From: Eledone cirrhosa | Lineage: Eukaryota | NCBI GenBank assembly: GCA_964016885.1 | Contig: OZ024744.1 | Location: 73,284,001 to 73,348,000, forward strand | Direction: 5' to 3' | DNA length: 64,000 nucleotides | Shown: positions 63,846 through 64,000 of the stretch, one piece after another | Numbering within the stretch: position 1 is the stretch's first letter | Layout of the letters: each line of letters opens with the position of its first letter | Notes under the pieces: generated by a model | Told to the model about the DNA's origin: nothing | The model's input: the letters and a program-made list of their open reading frames with translations, nothing else | Database searches by the model: none | Program-made: the position numbers and the translations under genes

Positions 63846-64000
63846 ATTATCACCACTAACCCAGCCCTACCCTCCTCTTCTCGACCCAAGTCTATATAAT
63901 ACTTTAATCCGTCCCTTGTGCCAAAACGCCTGCTGCTACGTCATTAAGCCTTAGACACATAAAACAAAACCACCAAAAACCAATAAATAAATGAAAATAA

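Overview
Eukaryotic, AT-rich, extremely microsatellite-rich DNA. The tRNA-derived Meta-domain and V-domain SINEs suggest an octopod cephalopod (inference). I found no supportable host protein-coding gene; most long ORFs in the track are microsatellite artefacts. The window is a mosaic of mobile elements: at least five Penelope-like (PLE) retroelement remnants from different lineages (two near full length), a Merlin DNA transposon with TIRs and an 8-bp TSD, three head-to-tail L1/Tx1-like LINEs, RTE, CR1-like, CRE-like and Dong/R4-like LINE remnants, about 20 SINE copies and several tandem arrays. The most striking unexplained signal is a dense population of short non-coding hairpin (palindromic) elements, most of them abutting (TA)n tracts. 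Many carry hammerhead-ribozyme cores, some canonical and several with a recurrent U4A variant. Their arms co-vary within a copy, which suggests fold-back (self-primed) synthesis of PLE-mobilised mini-elements. Coordinates were read by eye and are approximate to a few bases. Clade assignments rest on remembered motifs and need database confirmation.
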